From a virus (lineage: Duplodnaviria; Heunggongvirae; Uroviricota; Caudoviricetes), in the IMG/VR virus record IMGVR_UViG_3300031555_007715: a DNA stretch of 64,000 nucleotides, one strand, 5' to 3'. Each line of letters opens with the position of its first letter. Position 1 is the stretch's first letter. Shown one piece after another: positions 39,101-47,045 of this stretch. The position numbers were made by a program, and so were the translations under genes. The notes below the pieces were generated by a model, which searched no databases, was not told where the DNA came from, and saw only the letters and a list, made by a program, of their open reading frames with translations.

Positions 39101-39356
39101 TAAATAATTGATATATCATGTTTAGGAATATAAGTATAAAAGAAAATATCAAACATATCTTATACATGGCCCCAAATACACCAATATTTCCATTAAAAAC
39201 ACCTGTTTCTTTTCCATTAAAAACAGCGAAAAAATAATCTAATGTTTCTCTTCCATTAAGTCCGAATAAGTTGATTAGAGAATTAGCAAGGGCGCCCATG
39301 ATGATTGCTACACCTTGCATCAATAATTCGACTATGGCTTCAAATATCCAACCCAT
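33147..39356 (-). CDS. 2069-aa extended VirB6/TrbL-like protein with long repetitive C-terminal region
   Basis: N-terminal ~300 aa polytopic with ERY.MLG.L..IAP.C.A.G.T signature; many 45-55-aa repeats (PDENG..G...F.DNGDG). Confidence 0.65.
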   Translation of the reverse strand: MGWIFEAIVELLMQGVAIIMGALANSLINLFGLNGRETLDYFFAVFNGKETGVFNGNIGVFGAMYKICLIFSFILIFLNMIYQLFKALFGPLASADAPSRVIIKSIFYALLAAFSQSIIALVFDITTIPYNAIVNGTQRAEGDAVWKDVVSNMITKGPSNDTIGDELLALSPSAGIITGALAITLFFMLLKNFFATALELAERYLMLGLLSIIAPVCIACGATRGLEDVFKNWISWLINGCIVLIFSTFFLTVFIKSFAASTSPPYLLLWIAWFKTAQKIDEHMNALGLKTAKTGGFGMDVMNAMQNGLPGAMQLMNKATGRNMAIPFAGAMGMRHNGQVNPNDKNLMHMAGFKDGRLGEKSALTAGIGALAKKTGNKKLQSLSNKLSKAENKLSKDVTKIPEVLRSLPSGKPSFGGKYSGLSNDELLSYAASGKMPPKNSQEYQDIAKDLMASRVGAENVEKMAAQGYNYSDIKYDPKSDTMTFSAENENGTIFTGKITKDADADEGFIPVTGTDGESYGVTGAMQIDGVKQEGVPIFGDNSANNMDLNGPENMEETGNVAVNDGAHATLNKDELDSSNLSDAEKEKINQLAEENGGELSIKEDDIIRDEENGDSIRRYDENGNETEDGDYVKIDDGTEEGMLVPASIISDTVDENGNINLDENNSDVMVAASSPEEQIADDNLKEKENISSIQDGDNEYKVQSTDEAGVITAENDEGNSAQYIDKGNGEVVKIPQDEKIEEENVQTLPKTAVDGDNNYELSAPDENNIMHGVSTTNPDDTKDFVNNGDGTVSAVEKTIAPDDVKDATTVNTSDGDFKLSGEPDENGLITGVNTETGEEAKFKNNGDGSYSMVSNEPPANIEKTAQVGDETFALGEKDENGIIHGVSTTDPENKKDFIDNGDGTYSAIQTISDDDVSIENNTITLNTDNTEKGKYSLLGEPDENGIVTGENKDRETATFKDNGDGTYTMISEPVSMENTISAGGETYKLSEPDENGIIHGTSTTNPDNQQNFVVNNDGTLSQVQETIGTSLTIGDDTYNLTGKTDDNGYMIGTNKDTGEETRFKKNDDGSYSQIANDSIKTSGEFTSVKDSEGNSYRLDNNFSDDAPVVSGVDSKGNTALFERNDDGSVTKLASGEQIAPSNIQSQTSIIDADNVSYNVDLNKPEANGTFKGIASDGSGKEVDLVKHDDGSLSKLETSEISLSDKSYNKDDNKLSYGDKTYDLSGKADKDGYVNGTAADGSTAKFKIDEAKNTATMVAEQPITAPVQETRTITDSTSNNYTLGVTNSNGIAIGKNQETGENVAFRENKDGSFTRLDATSTISSDNVTREKMPITAKDSTGVNYSDFKSNGDGTFTGKAEGREATFKYDDKGNLQKISESRQIDASQGIQKEYSNLTSVSNNNGTYSATDSDGKTYTDIRKQSNGSYVGRDENGDTANFRMNEYGNLQKENYVATDTSGNKFNISSSAVHDSVRDTSGNIQHIDTTQAVREVDSSKGIKTSYSDISSATKTDSGYSDIRDAKGNTYSSVSKIGDNTYIGTDASGNTATFVEKDGKLQQEKYIATDTKGTSFEVSSNLVTRDKEGNPQMSNGAVAVNTSGQQVMVSSSNVEQNKSGESYVRTTKSTDLSSYTTSVASNTMQHSHISFTNNEEDNKPVDYLVKSEKGSFFRPQSAQRYDIEGKPARDGGYMKDTSGALVSVSTRHGNVPTYDYKDGTEFGSVVVKRNGEYVVPAHDDANISVSYRPVRGNEIPTAVYAGDSYKKTIEPFSNDIDGKPQAPIYVKHNGQELRVDNSKTKFNSEGVPLDNHGKLSVIGKDGKSMEIDVRELDGKNNRFSCYTKYENTHNGETQVNLLNIRDAKGYSYARPDSTLYGDVPEKFNMRSATIKPLTYENGQPTGSFIYYYKGETYLMHKEGTNITHCDSSAKVQFGGSIYTCEPMPGNAIGRDLYNMGLSNGGSFRTVKESPQLRTFAKKYGIPHNAKSIRVQNNGEGNFIITYNADGKTYAISPSRVSQGDRKGIKNEEVVNESSVRNKFYRYELASESTKIIPRKITNESKVKLAIRMIFKKNK

Positions 39357-39767
39357 AAAAAAAGTTCCTCCTTTTGTTTATTTTTAATTACATAATGGTT
39401 GATTATATGAACTAGGGTTTTATTTTTAATATGTAATTAACTTATTATCAATAATAGTGATTGGTTATATTTCTACTTTTTTTATAAAGAATCAAGATAT
39501 TGAGTTTTATTTTTGAATGTATTCTATATAATGAAAAATAATGAATATGAATTTAATAATTTTAATTCATTTCTTTATATTTTAGTCAATCACCAATAAC
39601 TTTATTATATTATAATAATGATTTAAATACAATATTTTTAAATTAAAAATAAAATATTTTTATTTCAACAACTATATAGCAATATTTTTTTTGATTATTA
39701 ATAGATAATTATTGAAATTTATATAAATAATATTTAGCACAATATTAGGTTTTTTTCAAATTTTTGC

Positions 39768-39797
39768 AAAAAAATAAGCGGTTATTTCAACCGCTTA
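39768..39797 (-). terminator. Rho-independent terminator of the upstream ncRNA
   Basis: TAAGCGGTT/AACCGCTTA stem plus T7 on the minus strand. Confidence 0.8.
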
Positions 39798-39799
39798 AA

Positions 39800-40334
39800 A
39801 CACAGATTCCACGCACCCTCACAAGATATCGCACTCAGAAATTTTTCTGAGTAAGAAATCTAGCGGGGTTAGCTGACGCTATGCGGGGACTACCAGCCAG
39901 GTTATTGCTCATCACCTAAAAGATGATTTGTAATAAGTCTAGCCACACCATTTTGTCAAATGGTATGTTTGGCGATTTCTTCTGGCCTAAGGATTCCTCC
40001 TTCCCGATAAAATCGGCATCATGATGTACAGTATCATGACGGAGCATCGAATTCTGTGCAGGATTGCTATCTCGGGTTTCTAGTCCTCAGCTTTCTGCAT
40101 ATCTGTGTCAAATATATACATAAAGTCGAGGGAAACAAAGAAACAATCCCAAGACAATATTTAGTTATTAACATTAGACGTGTAAACACATCCAATGTCC
40201 CGCTTCACTTAAAAATCCTTACAAGGATTAATGAGTAGGCTACGGGAAAGCCTTTTTTACGTTTAAGTTTTTCTCTCATCACATAAAAGACTTTCGTCTT
40301 TTTTAAACTACACATGTAATAAGATAAACTTTGT
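39800..40334 (-). ncRNA. Large structured ncRNA of about 530 nt, family not recognised
   Basis: GC-rich island without a credible ORF; many hairpins with minus-strand G-U pairs; GAAA tetraloop; ACACAGAT/ATCTGTGT long-range helix; own promoter and terminator. Confidence 0.7.
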
Positions 40335-40340
40335 ATTTAT

Positions 40341-40369
40341 ATTATATTATTTTTTAAAATATAAATCAA
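40341..40369 (-). promoter_or_regulatory. sigmaA promoter for the ncRNA
   Basis: TTGATT-17-TATAAT (region is very AT-rich). Confidence 0.55.
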
Positions 40370-40474
40370 ATTAATAATTATATCAATTATTATTTGTATT
40401 GTATTTTTGTTATTCTTTTTGTATAATTTAGTTATATAAATTTAAAAAATTTTTAAGAAAAAGAGAGTGTTTAT

Positions 40475-41743
40475 ATGAAAAATAAAATTATTAAATTTAT
40501 CGATTTATTTGCGGGGCTAGGGGGAATTCGAATAGGATTTCAACAAGCAGCAAATAATTGTGGATATAAAACTGAATGTGTTTTTTCATCAGAAATAAAA
40601 GAGTATGCAATAAAAATGTATAAAAAATATTTTAATGAAGAAACAGTTTATGGAGATATTACTAAAATAAAGTCAGAAGATATTCCTGATTTTGATTTTT
40701 TGCTTGCGGGCTTTCCTTGCCAGCCTTTTAGTTCGGCGGGCAAGGGGTTGGGATTCTCTGATACAAGAGGAACAATGTTTTTTCAGATTGAACGAATTCT
40801 TAAAGATAAAAAACCGTTTGGATTTCTATTAGAAAATGTAGACGGATTAGTTAATCATGATAACGGGAATACCTTTTCAATAATTATTTCACATTTAAGA
40901 GATTTAGGGTACAATGTATCATGGAAAATTCTTAATTCTAAAGATTTTGGGCTAGCTCAAAGCAGAAAGAGAATTTACATAGTAGGGACAAAAGATAGAG
41001 AAATATTATTAAATGATTTTAAGACCAGTTCTGCTAAATTAAGAGATGTATTAGAGAAAAACTTACCAACTGTGAATAATGAATTCACAAGGTGCTTATT
41101 TGAAAATTATACTGTTAATGAAATAATTGGTAAATCTATTAAAGATAAAAGAGGGGGAAAAAACAATATTCATTCATGGGATATTGGATTAAAGGGAATA
41201 GTTACTGACGATGAGAAAGAACTTCTTAACATATTATTAAAAGAACGAAGAAAGAAAAAATGGGCGAAGGAAATAGGTATCACATGGATGGATGGAATGC
41301 CATTGACTATTGAACAAATAAAAACATTTTATAATAAAATAAATTTAGAAGAAATTTTGAGTTCCTTAATAAGTAAAGGATATTTAAGACTAGAATATCC
41401 TAAAGAATTAGTAAATGGTAAAAGAGTTTATGATGAGAATAAGCCTAAGGGTTATAATATTGTAAGCGGAAAACTATCTTTTGAATTTTCTGAAATATTA
41501 AATCCTAACGAAGTAGCGCCAACACTAGTTGCAACAGATATTTCAAAACTTGGAGTCGTTGATTGCGGGGGATTAAGAAGACTTACAATCAGAGAAATTT
41601 GTAGATTATTTGGATTTCCTGATGATTATGATTTATCAGACATAAAAGAACACGAAGCAGTAGATTTATTAGGAAATACTGTTTGTATTCCTGTTATTAA
41701 AGCAATTTCAGAGAAAATAATAAAAAATATGCCATGTATTTAA
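40475..41743 (+). CDS. DNA (cytosine-5)-methyltransferase, orphan, NlaIV/BanI-like
   Basis: DLFAGLGG, GFPCQPFS, LLENV, QSRKRIYIVG; variable region KDKRGGKNNIHSWDI recalled as M.NlaIV-like. Confidence 0.93.
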   Translation: MKNKIIKFIDLFAGLGGIRIGFQQAANNCGYKTECVFSSEIKEYAIKMYKKYFNEETVYGDITKIKSEDIPDFDFLLAGFPCQPFSSAGKGLGFSDTRGTMFFQIERILKDKKPFGFLLENVDGLVNHDNGNTFSIIISHLRDLGYNVSWKILNSKDFGLAQSRKRIYIVGTKDREILLNDFKTSSAKLRDVLEKNLPTVNNEFTRCLFENYTVNEIIGKSIKDKRGGKNNIHSWDIGLKGIVTDDEKELLNILLKERRKKKWAKEIGITWMDGMPLTIEQIKTFYNKINLEEILSSLISKGYLRLEYPKELVNGKRVYDENKPKGYNIVSGKLSFEFSEILNPNEVAPTLVATDISKLGVVDCGGLRRLTIREICRLFGFPDDYDLSDIKEHEAVDLLGNTVCIPVIKAISEKIIKNMPCI

Positions 41744-42090
41744 TACGTGGCATATTTTTTTTCTACAAATTCACTTATTATATTACTTATCTCTTGAGGA
41801 ATTGCATATTTTTCAGCTAAGTTGTTAATAGTATGTGTTCGTTTTACACATATTGTACAATCATCGAATAGTTCCAAATAGAACATATCGTTATTATATG
41901 TAATCCATGTTTCTATTGTTGCATAGTTTATGTCATAACTAATTTGATAGTTTTTTATAATTCCGCCTTCATATAAATATGAGTGAAGATAGCTTAAGAA
42001 ATTATCTAATATTTTAAAGTCTATCTTTGTAATTTTGTATTCTTTCATCAAGTGAATAATAATTGTTTTTAAATCAATATGTATTCGCAT
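41740..42090 (-). CDS. Hypothetical protein
   Basis: GGAGG RBS before ATG 42090. Confidence 0.6.
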   Translation of the reverse strand: MRIHIDLKTIIIHLMKEYKITKIDFKILDNFLSYLHSYLYEGGIIKNYQISYDINYATIETWITYNNDMFYLELFDDCTICVKRTHTINNLAEKYAIPQEISNIISEFVEKKYATY

Positions 42091-42168
42091 AAAATCCTCC
42101 TTTTTATAGTATAAACAAAACAACTATCAATCAAGGATAAAATTCCTTGACTGATAGTAAGTGTTTTA

Positions 42169-42702
42169 TTATACAACGTCAATTTGGCACATTCTCATTG
42201 TAGTTAATGCCGCCTCATGAGTTTCGGGAGTAACACCTGCACAGCAAGTAGAATCAACGGTAATTTTAGTATTAGGGAATAATGCCCTTAAAATTAATGC
42301 GTTAGATACAACACAAATATCGGTGCATAATCCACATACTTCAATCTCATCAATTTCTTTTAAAGAACCAAGGGTACCTCTTAATGCGTCGTCGTGTTCA
42401 ATATAACCAAAGGTCTTTTTCATCTTTCTAATAACCTTTTTACACTGGCCTAATGCCTTTTCGATTTCTGCATTTAATTCCCATCCATGTCTCTTATAAA
42501 TACAATGTTCAACAGGAAGCTTTTTACCCTCTAAGGTTTCGAGATAATCTTCATAATGAGTGTCATAGGTCGCAACAACACAATCATTTTTATGTTCTAA
42601 AATTTTATTAGCAACATTCTTGACGATTGCCTGTGCCTCTTTTGTTCCCAACGCCCCATCAATGAAGTCGTTTTGCATATCAATAACAAATAATACTTTC
42701 AT
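42169..42702 (-). CDS. pncA: Nicotinamidase/isochorismatase family cysteine hydrolase
   Basis: VIDMQNDF, DTH, HC, K.TFG, GLCTDICV.SNA. Confidence 0.85.
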   Translation of the reverse strand: MKVLFVIDMQNDFIDGALGTKEAQAIVKNVANKILEHKNDCVVATYDTHYEDYLETLEGKKLPVEHCIYKRHGWELNAEIEKALGQCKKVIRKMKKTFGYIEHDDALRGTLGSLKEIDEIEVCGLCTDICVVSNALILRALFPNTKITVDSTCCAGVTPETHEAALTTMRMCQIDVV

Positions 42703-43592
42703 TAGCAATTCTCCTTTCCAAAAATATATTCTTTTGACAATGTGTAATATTTTGCTGGTCTATGGCCTCTTTTTTCTTCTTTTGTTCCAATTTCTTCAAG
42801 CATAGGTAACATTTTTCTTCTGAAATTAGGAGCAATAAAAGTTTGGTCTAAAATAGTACTATAAACTAATTGAAGTTCACCAATAGTAAATTCTTCATCA
42901 ATTAAGTTAAAAGCGATGGTTGTATATTCTATTTTGTTTCTAAGTCTGTTAATAGCGTATACGATAATTTTACTGTGGTCAAAGGCAACATCTGTTTCTG
43001 TAATTTCAAACTTTTCTTCAATAGATGTTCCAATCATTTTTTTGATTGATTTAACCGTAGACCTTAGTGTAATATCGCTATCGTCATTTCTTAAAATAAG
43101 CTCATATACAGTTTCTACACTCATTTGTCCGTTTGTGTTGAATGTATTTGATGATACTTCAACCAACTTTACAGAAAACAATTTTGCGTCTTTTGCATCG
43201 TCGCCTGCGACAATATTTAAATTATTCTTAGCAACTAACGCCATGTATGATGTGCTTAATACTCTTGTTCTTGGGTCTCTGTTGACATCTCCCCATGTGT
43301 AAAGTTGTTCCATATAGATGTTTTCTAATCCTGTTTCTTCTTTTAATTCTCTCTTTGCTGATTCATATAAATCTTCGTTTATATCAATAAATCCGCCAGG
43401 AATAGCCCACATATCTTTATAAGGAAATCCCTTTCTTTTAATTAAGAGCAACTCAAGATGCTTTTCGGGAAGTTCTCTATATGAGTTTTCTTTTTCACCG
43501 ATAGTGAATATAAGCATATCTACGGTAGCTGATGGTTTTTCATATTTACTGCTATCATAGTTCTGTAAAAATTCTTTTTCAGTATTACTCAT
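42702..43592 (-). CDS. NUDIX + wHTH protein (NrtR-like ADP-ribose-responsive regulator)
   Basis: WAIPGGF...E....AKRELKEETG, RDPRTRV.S, AFDH, NFRRKM, HRPAKYY. Confidence 0.85.
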   Translation of the reverse strand: MSNTEKEFLQNYDSSKYEKPSATVDMLIFTIGEKENSYRELPEKHLELLLIKRKGFPYKDMWAIPGGFIDINEDLYESAKRELKEETGLENIYMEQLYTWGDVNRDPRTRVLSTSYMALVAKNNLNIVAGDDAKDAKLFSVKLVEVSSNTFNTNGQMSVETVYELILRNDDSDITLRSTVKSIKKMIGTSIEEKFEITETDVAFDHSKIIVYAINRLRNKIEYTTIAFNLIDEEFTIGELQLVYSTILDQTFIAPNFRRKMLPMLEEIGTKEEKRGHRPAKYYTLSKEYIFGKENC

Positions 43593-43705
43593 AATATCAT
43601 TTCCTTTCTATAAAATATGTCTTAATATCTTGTTCATATTATCATTATAGTACTAAGAATTAAATTTGTCAACAGATTTGTAAAAAAAGCCTAAAGATTT
43701 TTTCT

Positions 43706-44368
43706 TTAGGCTATAATAATAGGCTTAAAACCTAACTGGTCAGATGCTATACAACGAAATTCTATACCTTCATACATTCCTTCTACCGCATCATTTATTG
43801 CTTCTCCGTGTAAATGTCCATAATATACTTTTTTAATTCCATATTCCTTAAATATGTTTAAGAATGTATCGAATTGATAGTCTTTATAAACAGGAGGATA
43901 ATGCATAAATACAATTTTGTTATCTGATGTAGCACAACATATTGATTGAATTAATCTATTCGCCTCTCTATCTATAATTACTTTATCTTCATCAGATGTT
44001 GCTTTTATATCCCAACCTCTTGTTCCACAAATTGAAATCCCATCTATATTAATAGAATCATACTGTAAAAAAGATATTGAACTATAAATATCAAATAATT
44101 TTTTTAGCTTGCTTTTTGAGTTCCACCATAAGTCGTGATTTCCTTTTAATAATACTTTGTGTCCCTTTAAGCTTTGTAAAAATTCAATATCGCAAATAAG
44201 TTCATCAATTTTTAATGCCCATGATAAATCGCCAGGCATAATAATATAATCATCATCGGTAAGACACCAATTCTCTCTTATCTTTTCAACGTGATTTTCC
44301 CAGCCGAACATATTCATGTCTTTATTAAGAGATGAGGGCAAGTGAAAATCAGACATAGCATATATCAT
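43706..44368 (-). CDS. Calcineurin-like metallophosphoesterase
   Basis: SDFH, PGDLSW, GNHD.WW, HYPP, YGHLH. Confidence 0.9.
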   Translation of the reverse strand: MIYAMSDFHLPSSLNKDMNMFGWENHVEKIRENWCLTDDDYIIMPGDLSWALKIDELICDIEFLQSLKGHKVLLKGNHDLWWNSKSKLKKLFDIYSSISFLQYDSINIDGISICGTRGWDIKATSDEDKVIIDREANRLIQSICCATSDNKIVFMHYPPVYKDYQFDTFLNIFKEYGIKKVYYGHLHGEAINDAVEGMYEGIEFRCIASDQLGFKPIIIA

Positions 44369-44384
44369 AGTTACATCTCCTTCT

Positions 44385-45017
44385 TTATATTTCACTATTC
44401 TTTAGTGCATTTTTTTCTATTTTTGAAAAGCTCCAATGTTTATCTGTTTGAACATGATTTTCTCTTACATACTTTGCTACGGAAAGAGGAAATTCTTCAT
44501 ACTTAAAAGAATCCATAAGACGAACAACTATTCCCTCTCCACCTCTTTTAACAACATCCTCAGCTATCTTTTTTACTGTTTTTGAGTCATAAATTCCCTT
44601 ATATAAAACAGGGACAGTATTTATTTTCAAGTTTTTGCAAAAAGCCTCAGTATCTTTCCATGATAAACAGCAATTATTGTTCCAAACAGAGAATGCCAAA
44701 AAGAAAGATGGTAATTCACTATAACCAATAGAGTGTTTTGCATACAAATATTCTCCGCAAATTCTATATTCATCGGGTATAGAATACATGAAATTTTGCA
44801 TATATCCAATAAGCCATGAGTGATATGGTTTGTTAGATGAGTCTATACTTCTTGCATGAAATCCGTTGTTATATATAGAGGTATTTTCTCCGTCCATTTT
44901 TTCAGTTATGACCACATTTTTGCCAATAAAATGATTGTCGTTTTCTAATACTTTATCGTCTGATGTATACCCTCTGGAAAACGGCAAGTGAAAAGTTCTT
45001 GGATATTTATAACGCAT
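44385..45017 (-). CDS. ATP-dependent RNA ligase family protein
   Basis: KYPRT.HLP, EKMDGEN (motif I), GEYL, EGIVVR, KYVR. Confidence 0.85.
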   Translation of the reverse strand: MRYKYPRTFHLPFSRGYTSDDKVLENDNHFIGKNVVITEKMDGENTSIYNNGFHARSIDSSNKPYHSWLIGYMQNFMYSIPDEYRICGEYLYAKHSIGYSELPSFFLAFSVWNNNCCLSWKDTEAFCKNLKINTVPVLYKGIYDSKTVKKIAEDVVKRGGEGIVVRLMDSFKYEEFPLSVAKYVRENHVQTDKHWSFSKIEKNALKNSEI

Positions 45018-45134
45018 TTTAATACCTCCTTACTATTGTTTATGTTATATATTATACCACATTTAATGATATTGTGCAATACAAAAGAGAACTATTTTTA
45101 CAATAGTTCTCTTACTATTTTATTTGATTAGTAT

Positions 45135-45839
45135 TTACATTAAAGGAAAAGTATTAGGAAGGTTATGTTCTAATATACCTTTATATAGTGCATCTTCATT
45201 GTTAAAATATGCCCAAAATTTTGTTCCATAATCATAGTGCCACCATTCAGACGGAAGATTAGTAAACCCTGCATTAATCATAGCATTGTATAGAATTCTT
45301 CTATTGTGTTTTACTTCTTCACAATCAGTGTATTCTTCAAAATGATTGGTCCATGCTCTTTCAGTGAAATCATCAAATAATGTTCCCATATTTAATGCAT
45401 ATCCGTTATCGGTTATAAGTGTTAAATCAATAGCTCCACCAGTATTATGCACAGATGGATTTGATTCATCGAAACTAGGCTTACTTACAAAAAATCCCGT
45501 CTTTTTATCAAGTTCTGCTTCTGTCAGGTTCGGTTCTTTAATTTTTATTTGATTTCGATAAAAATTCCACAGTCTTCGCTGAACACATATCGGTCTGTAT
45601 GCGTCGTATATTTTAAATTTTAATCCATAAGGGAGCAATGATTGTGCAATTTTTAATTTTTCAATAACTCCTTCTCGTGCATAACAGTCTTTTAATGAAC
45701 CAGGTACACCTTGTTTGTAATATTGAGAATCACATATAAATCCGTGTTCTGATAATGATAATAACGGTTCATTATTATCTTTTATTATGTAGTTTTGTAT
45801 GGATGGGAATTCTATTGTTGGAATTTTTTTATTTATCAT
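45135..45839 (-). CDS. D-alanyl-D-alanine dipeptidase (M15D, VanX/DdpX-like)
   Basis: IYDAYRP, S.HNTGGAIDLTL, EWWHYD. Confidence 0.88.
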   Translation of the reverse strand: MINKKIPTIEFPSIQNYIIKDNNEPLLSLSEHGFICDSQYYKQGVPGSLKDCYAREGVIEKLKIAQSLLPYGLKFKIYDAYRPICVQRRLWNFYRNQIKIKEPNLTEAELDKKTGFFVSKPSFDESNPSVHNTGGAIDLTLITDNGYALNMGTLFDDFTERAWTNHFEEYTDCEEVKHNRRILYNAMINAGFTNLPSEWWHYDYGTKFWAYFNNEDALYKGILEHNLPNTFPLM

Positions 45840-45866
45840 AAGATGTTCCTCCTTAATGTTTTATTA

Positions 45867-46268
45867 TTAACTATTAGCGATTTTTTCCATTGCCTTTAAT
45901 GCATTTTCGATTGTTGAATTTAATTCGTTAAGGTCAATATAATATTCGTTTTTTGAGTTCTTTTTAATTATATATCTTGTCCATGCTGTAAAAGAATATG
46001 ACCGTATAACTTTATTTCTATTTTTAGAATAAACGAGAATTAATGCTTCATCATAATCTATCTTTATTGCACAACCTTTGTTTTGACATTTTATTAAGTC
46101 ATTTGCCATGTCTATTAACACAAGCATTTCCACTAATGTGCCGTATTCAGAATAAAATGAATATCTTTTAGGACGGTCAAAAAAACTTTTTTCACGATAT
46201 TTTCTTATGTGTTGTCTTCTTATTTTTCTAATTTTTTTATTTGTATATGGGGATAAAATAATATCCAT
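45867..46268 (-). CDS. Hypothetical basic protein
   Basis: 133-aa ORF with RBS. Confidence 0.6.
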   Translation of the reverse strand: MDIILSPYTNKKIRKIRRQHIRKYREKSFFDRPKRYSFYSEYGTLVEMLVLIDMANDLIKCQNKGCAIKIDYDEALILVYSKNRNKVIRSYSFTAWTRYIIKKNSKNEYYIDLNELNSTIENALKAMEKIANS

Positions 46269-46561
46269 TAAAACACTCCCTTCATTGGTGATTAAATATT
46301 TTTTCTAGTATTATTATACATATTTTTTTTATTTTTGTCTACGTTTTAATCAAATAGTTTAATATTGTATTATTCACTTATGTTACTTAAAGTCCTCAAA
46401 TGATTGCACTATTTTGTTACTTATAAACATCAGAGTTTTTTGTTATTCTGTCAATTTACAGTTTTTTTATATTTTGTTATACTGTAATTACAAACACAAT
46501 AGTTATTTGGGTTGAAATAAAATTTGTTGTTTTAAGAATTTTTATAAAGGAGGGTTTTGTT

Positions 46562-46798
46562 ATGGAAAAATTTGAAGTAGGAAAAACTTATGAATCAAAC
46601 AAAAAATATACTGTAGTTGAAAGAACTGATGAGACCGTTACATTTGCGTATATGGTTGATACGGAATATTATACGACGATGATGAAAAAAACCTATGCAA
46701 TAAAAAATGAATGGGATAGTGAGTATGTCGTTCTTGATTATTGGAATTATTTTGATAATACATTTTATAAAGTATGGCCAGAAGATATAGTATATTGA
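46562..46798 (+). CDS. Small hypothetical protein
   Basis: AAGGAGG RBS. Confidence 0.65.
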   Translation: MEKFEVGKTYESNKKYTVVERTDETVTFAYMVDTEYYTTMMKKTYAIKNEWDSEYVVLDYWNYFDNTFYKVWPEDIVY

Positions 46799-46807
46799 TA
46801 AAAAGGA

Positions 46808-46999
46808 GTGATAATTATGATGATACCTATGAATAAAAAATTATATAAAGTTATGAGTAATACAAATGACAAAGAAAAAATAAGATTATTTTATGAATTA
46901 GGTAAGTATTTTCTTGAAAATGTTGATGATAGTTCTGATGGACTTGAAACATTATTTGATGATATTGCTAATGTAGTTAATGATATAGAAAATTTGTAA
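46808..46999 (+). CDS. Small hypothetical protein
   Basis: AAGGAG RBS, followed by a hairpin. Confidence 0.55.
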   Translation: MIIMMIPMNKKLYKVMSNTNDKEKIRLFYELGKYFLENVDDSSDGLETLFDDIANVVNDIENL

Positions 47000-47045
47000 A
47001 AAAGAAAGCACTCTAGATGACATTAGAGTGCTTTCTTTGTATGTA

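Noticed and set aside
28327-39356. Phage tail fibre or tape-measure genes
   Set aside because: The N-terminal polytopic VirB6-like signature and the lack of any neighbouring virion genes favour conjugation-related proteins.
39861-39910. c-di-GMP-I riboswitch-like words (TAGCGGGGTT, GGGACTA..AGCCAG) on the plus strand
   Set aside because: The GGCAAA/GCAAA core and helix spacing are missing; G-U pairs indicate the minus strand is the structured one.
39800-40334. RNase P RNA, tmRNA or group II intron
   Set aside because: No GAGGAAAGUCC/P4, no tRNA-like tmRNA ends with UUCGA and CCA, and no domain V; the 60-aa ORF 40056-40238 lacks an RBS and is treated as spurious.
45135-45839. Vancomycin resistance (vanX)
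   Set aside because: No vanA/B, vanH or vanRS nearby; a stand-alone D,D-dipeptidase is not a resistance cluster.
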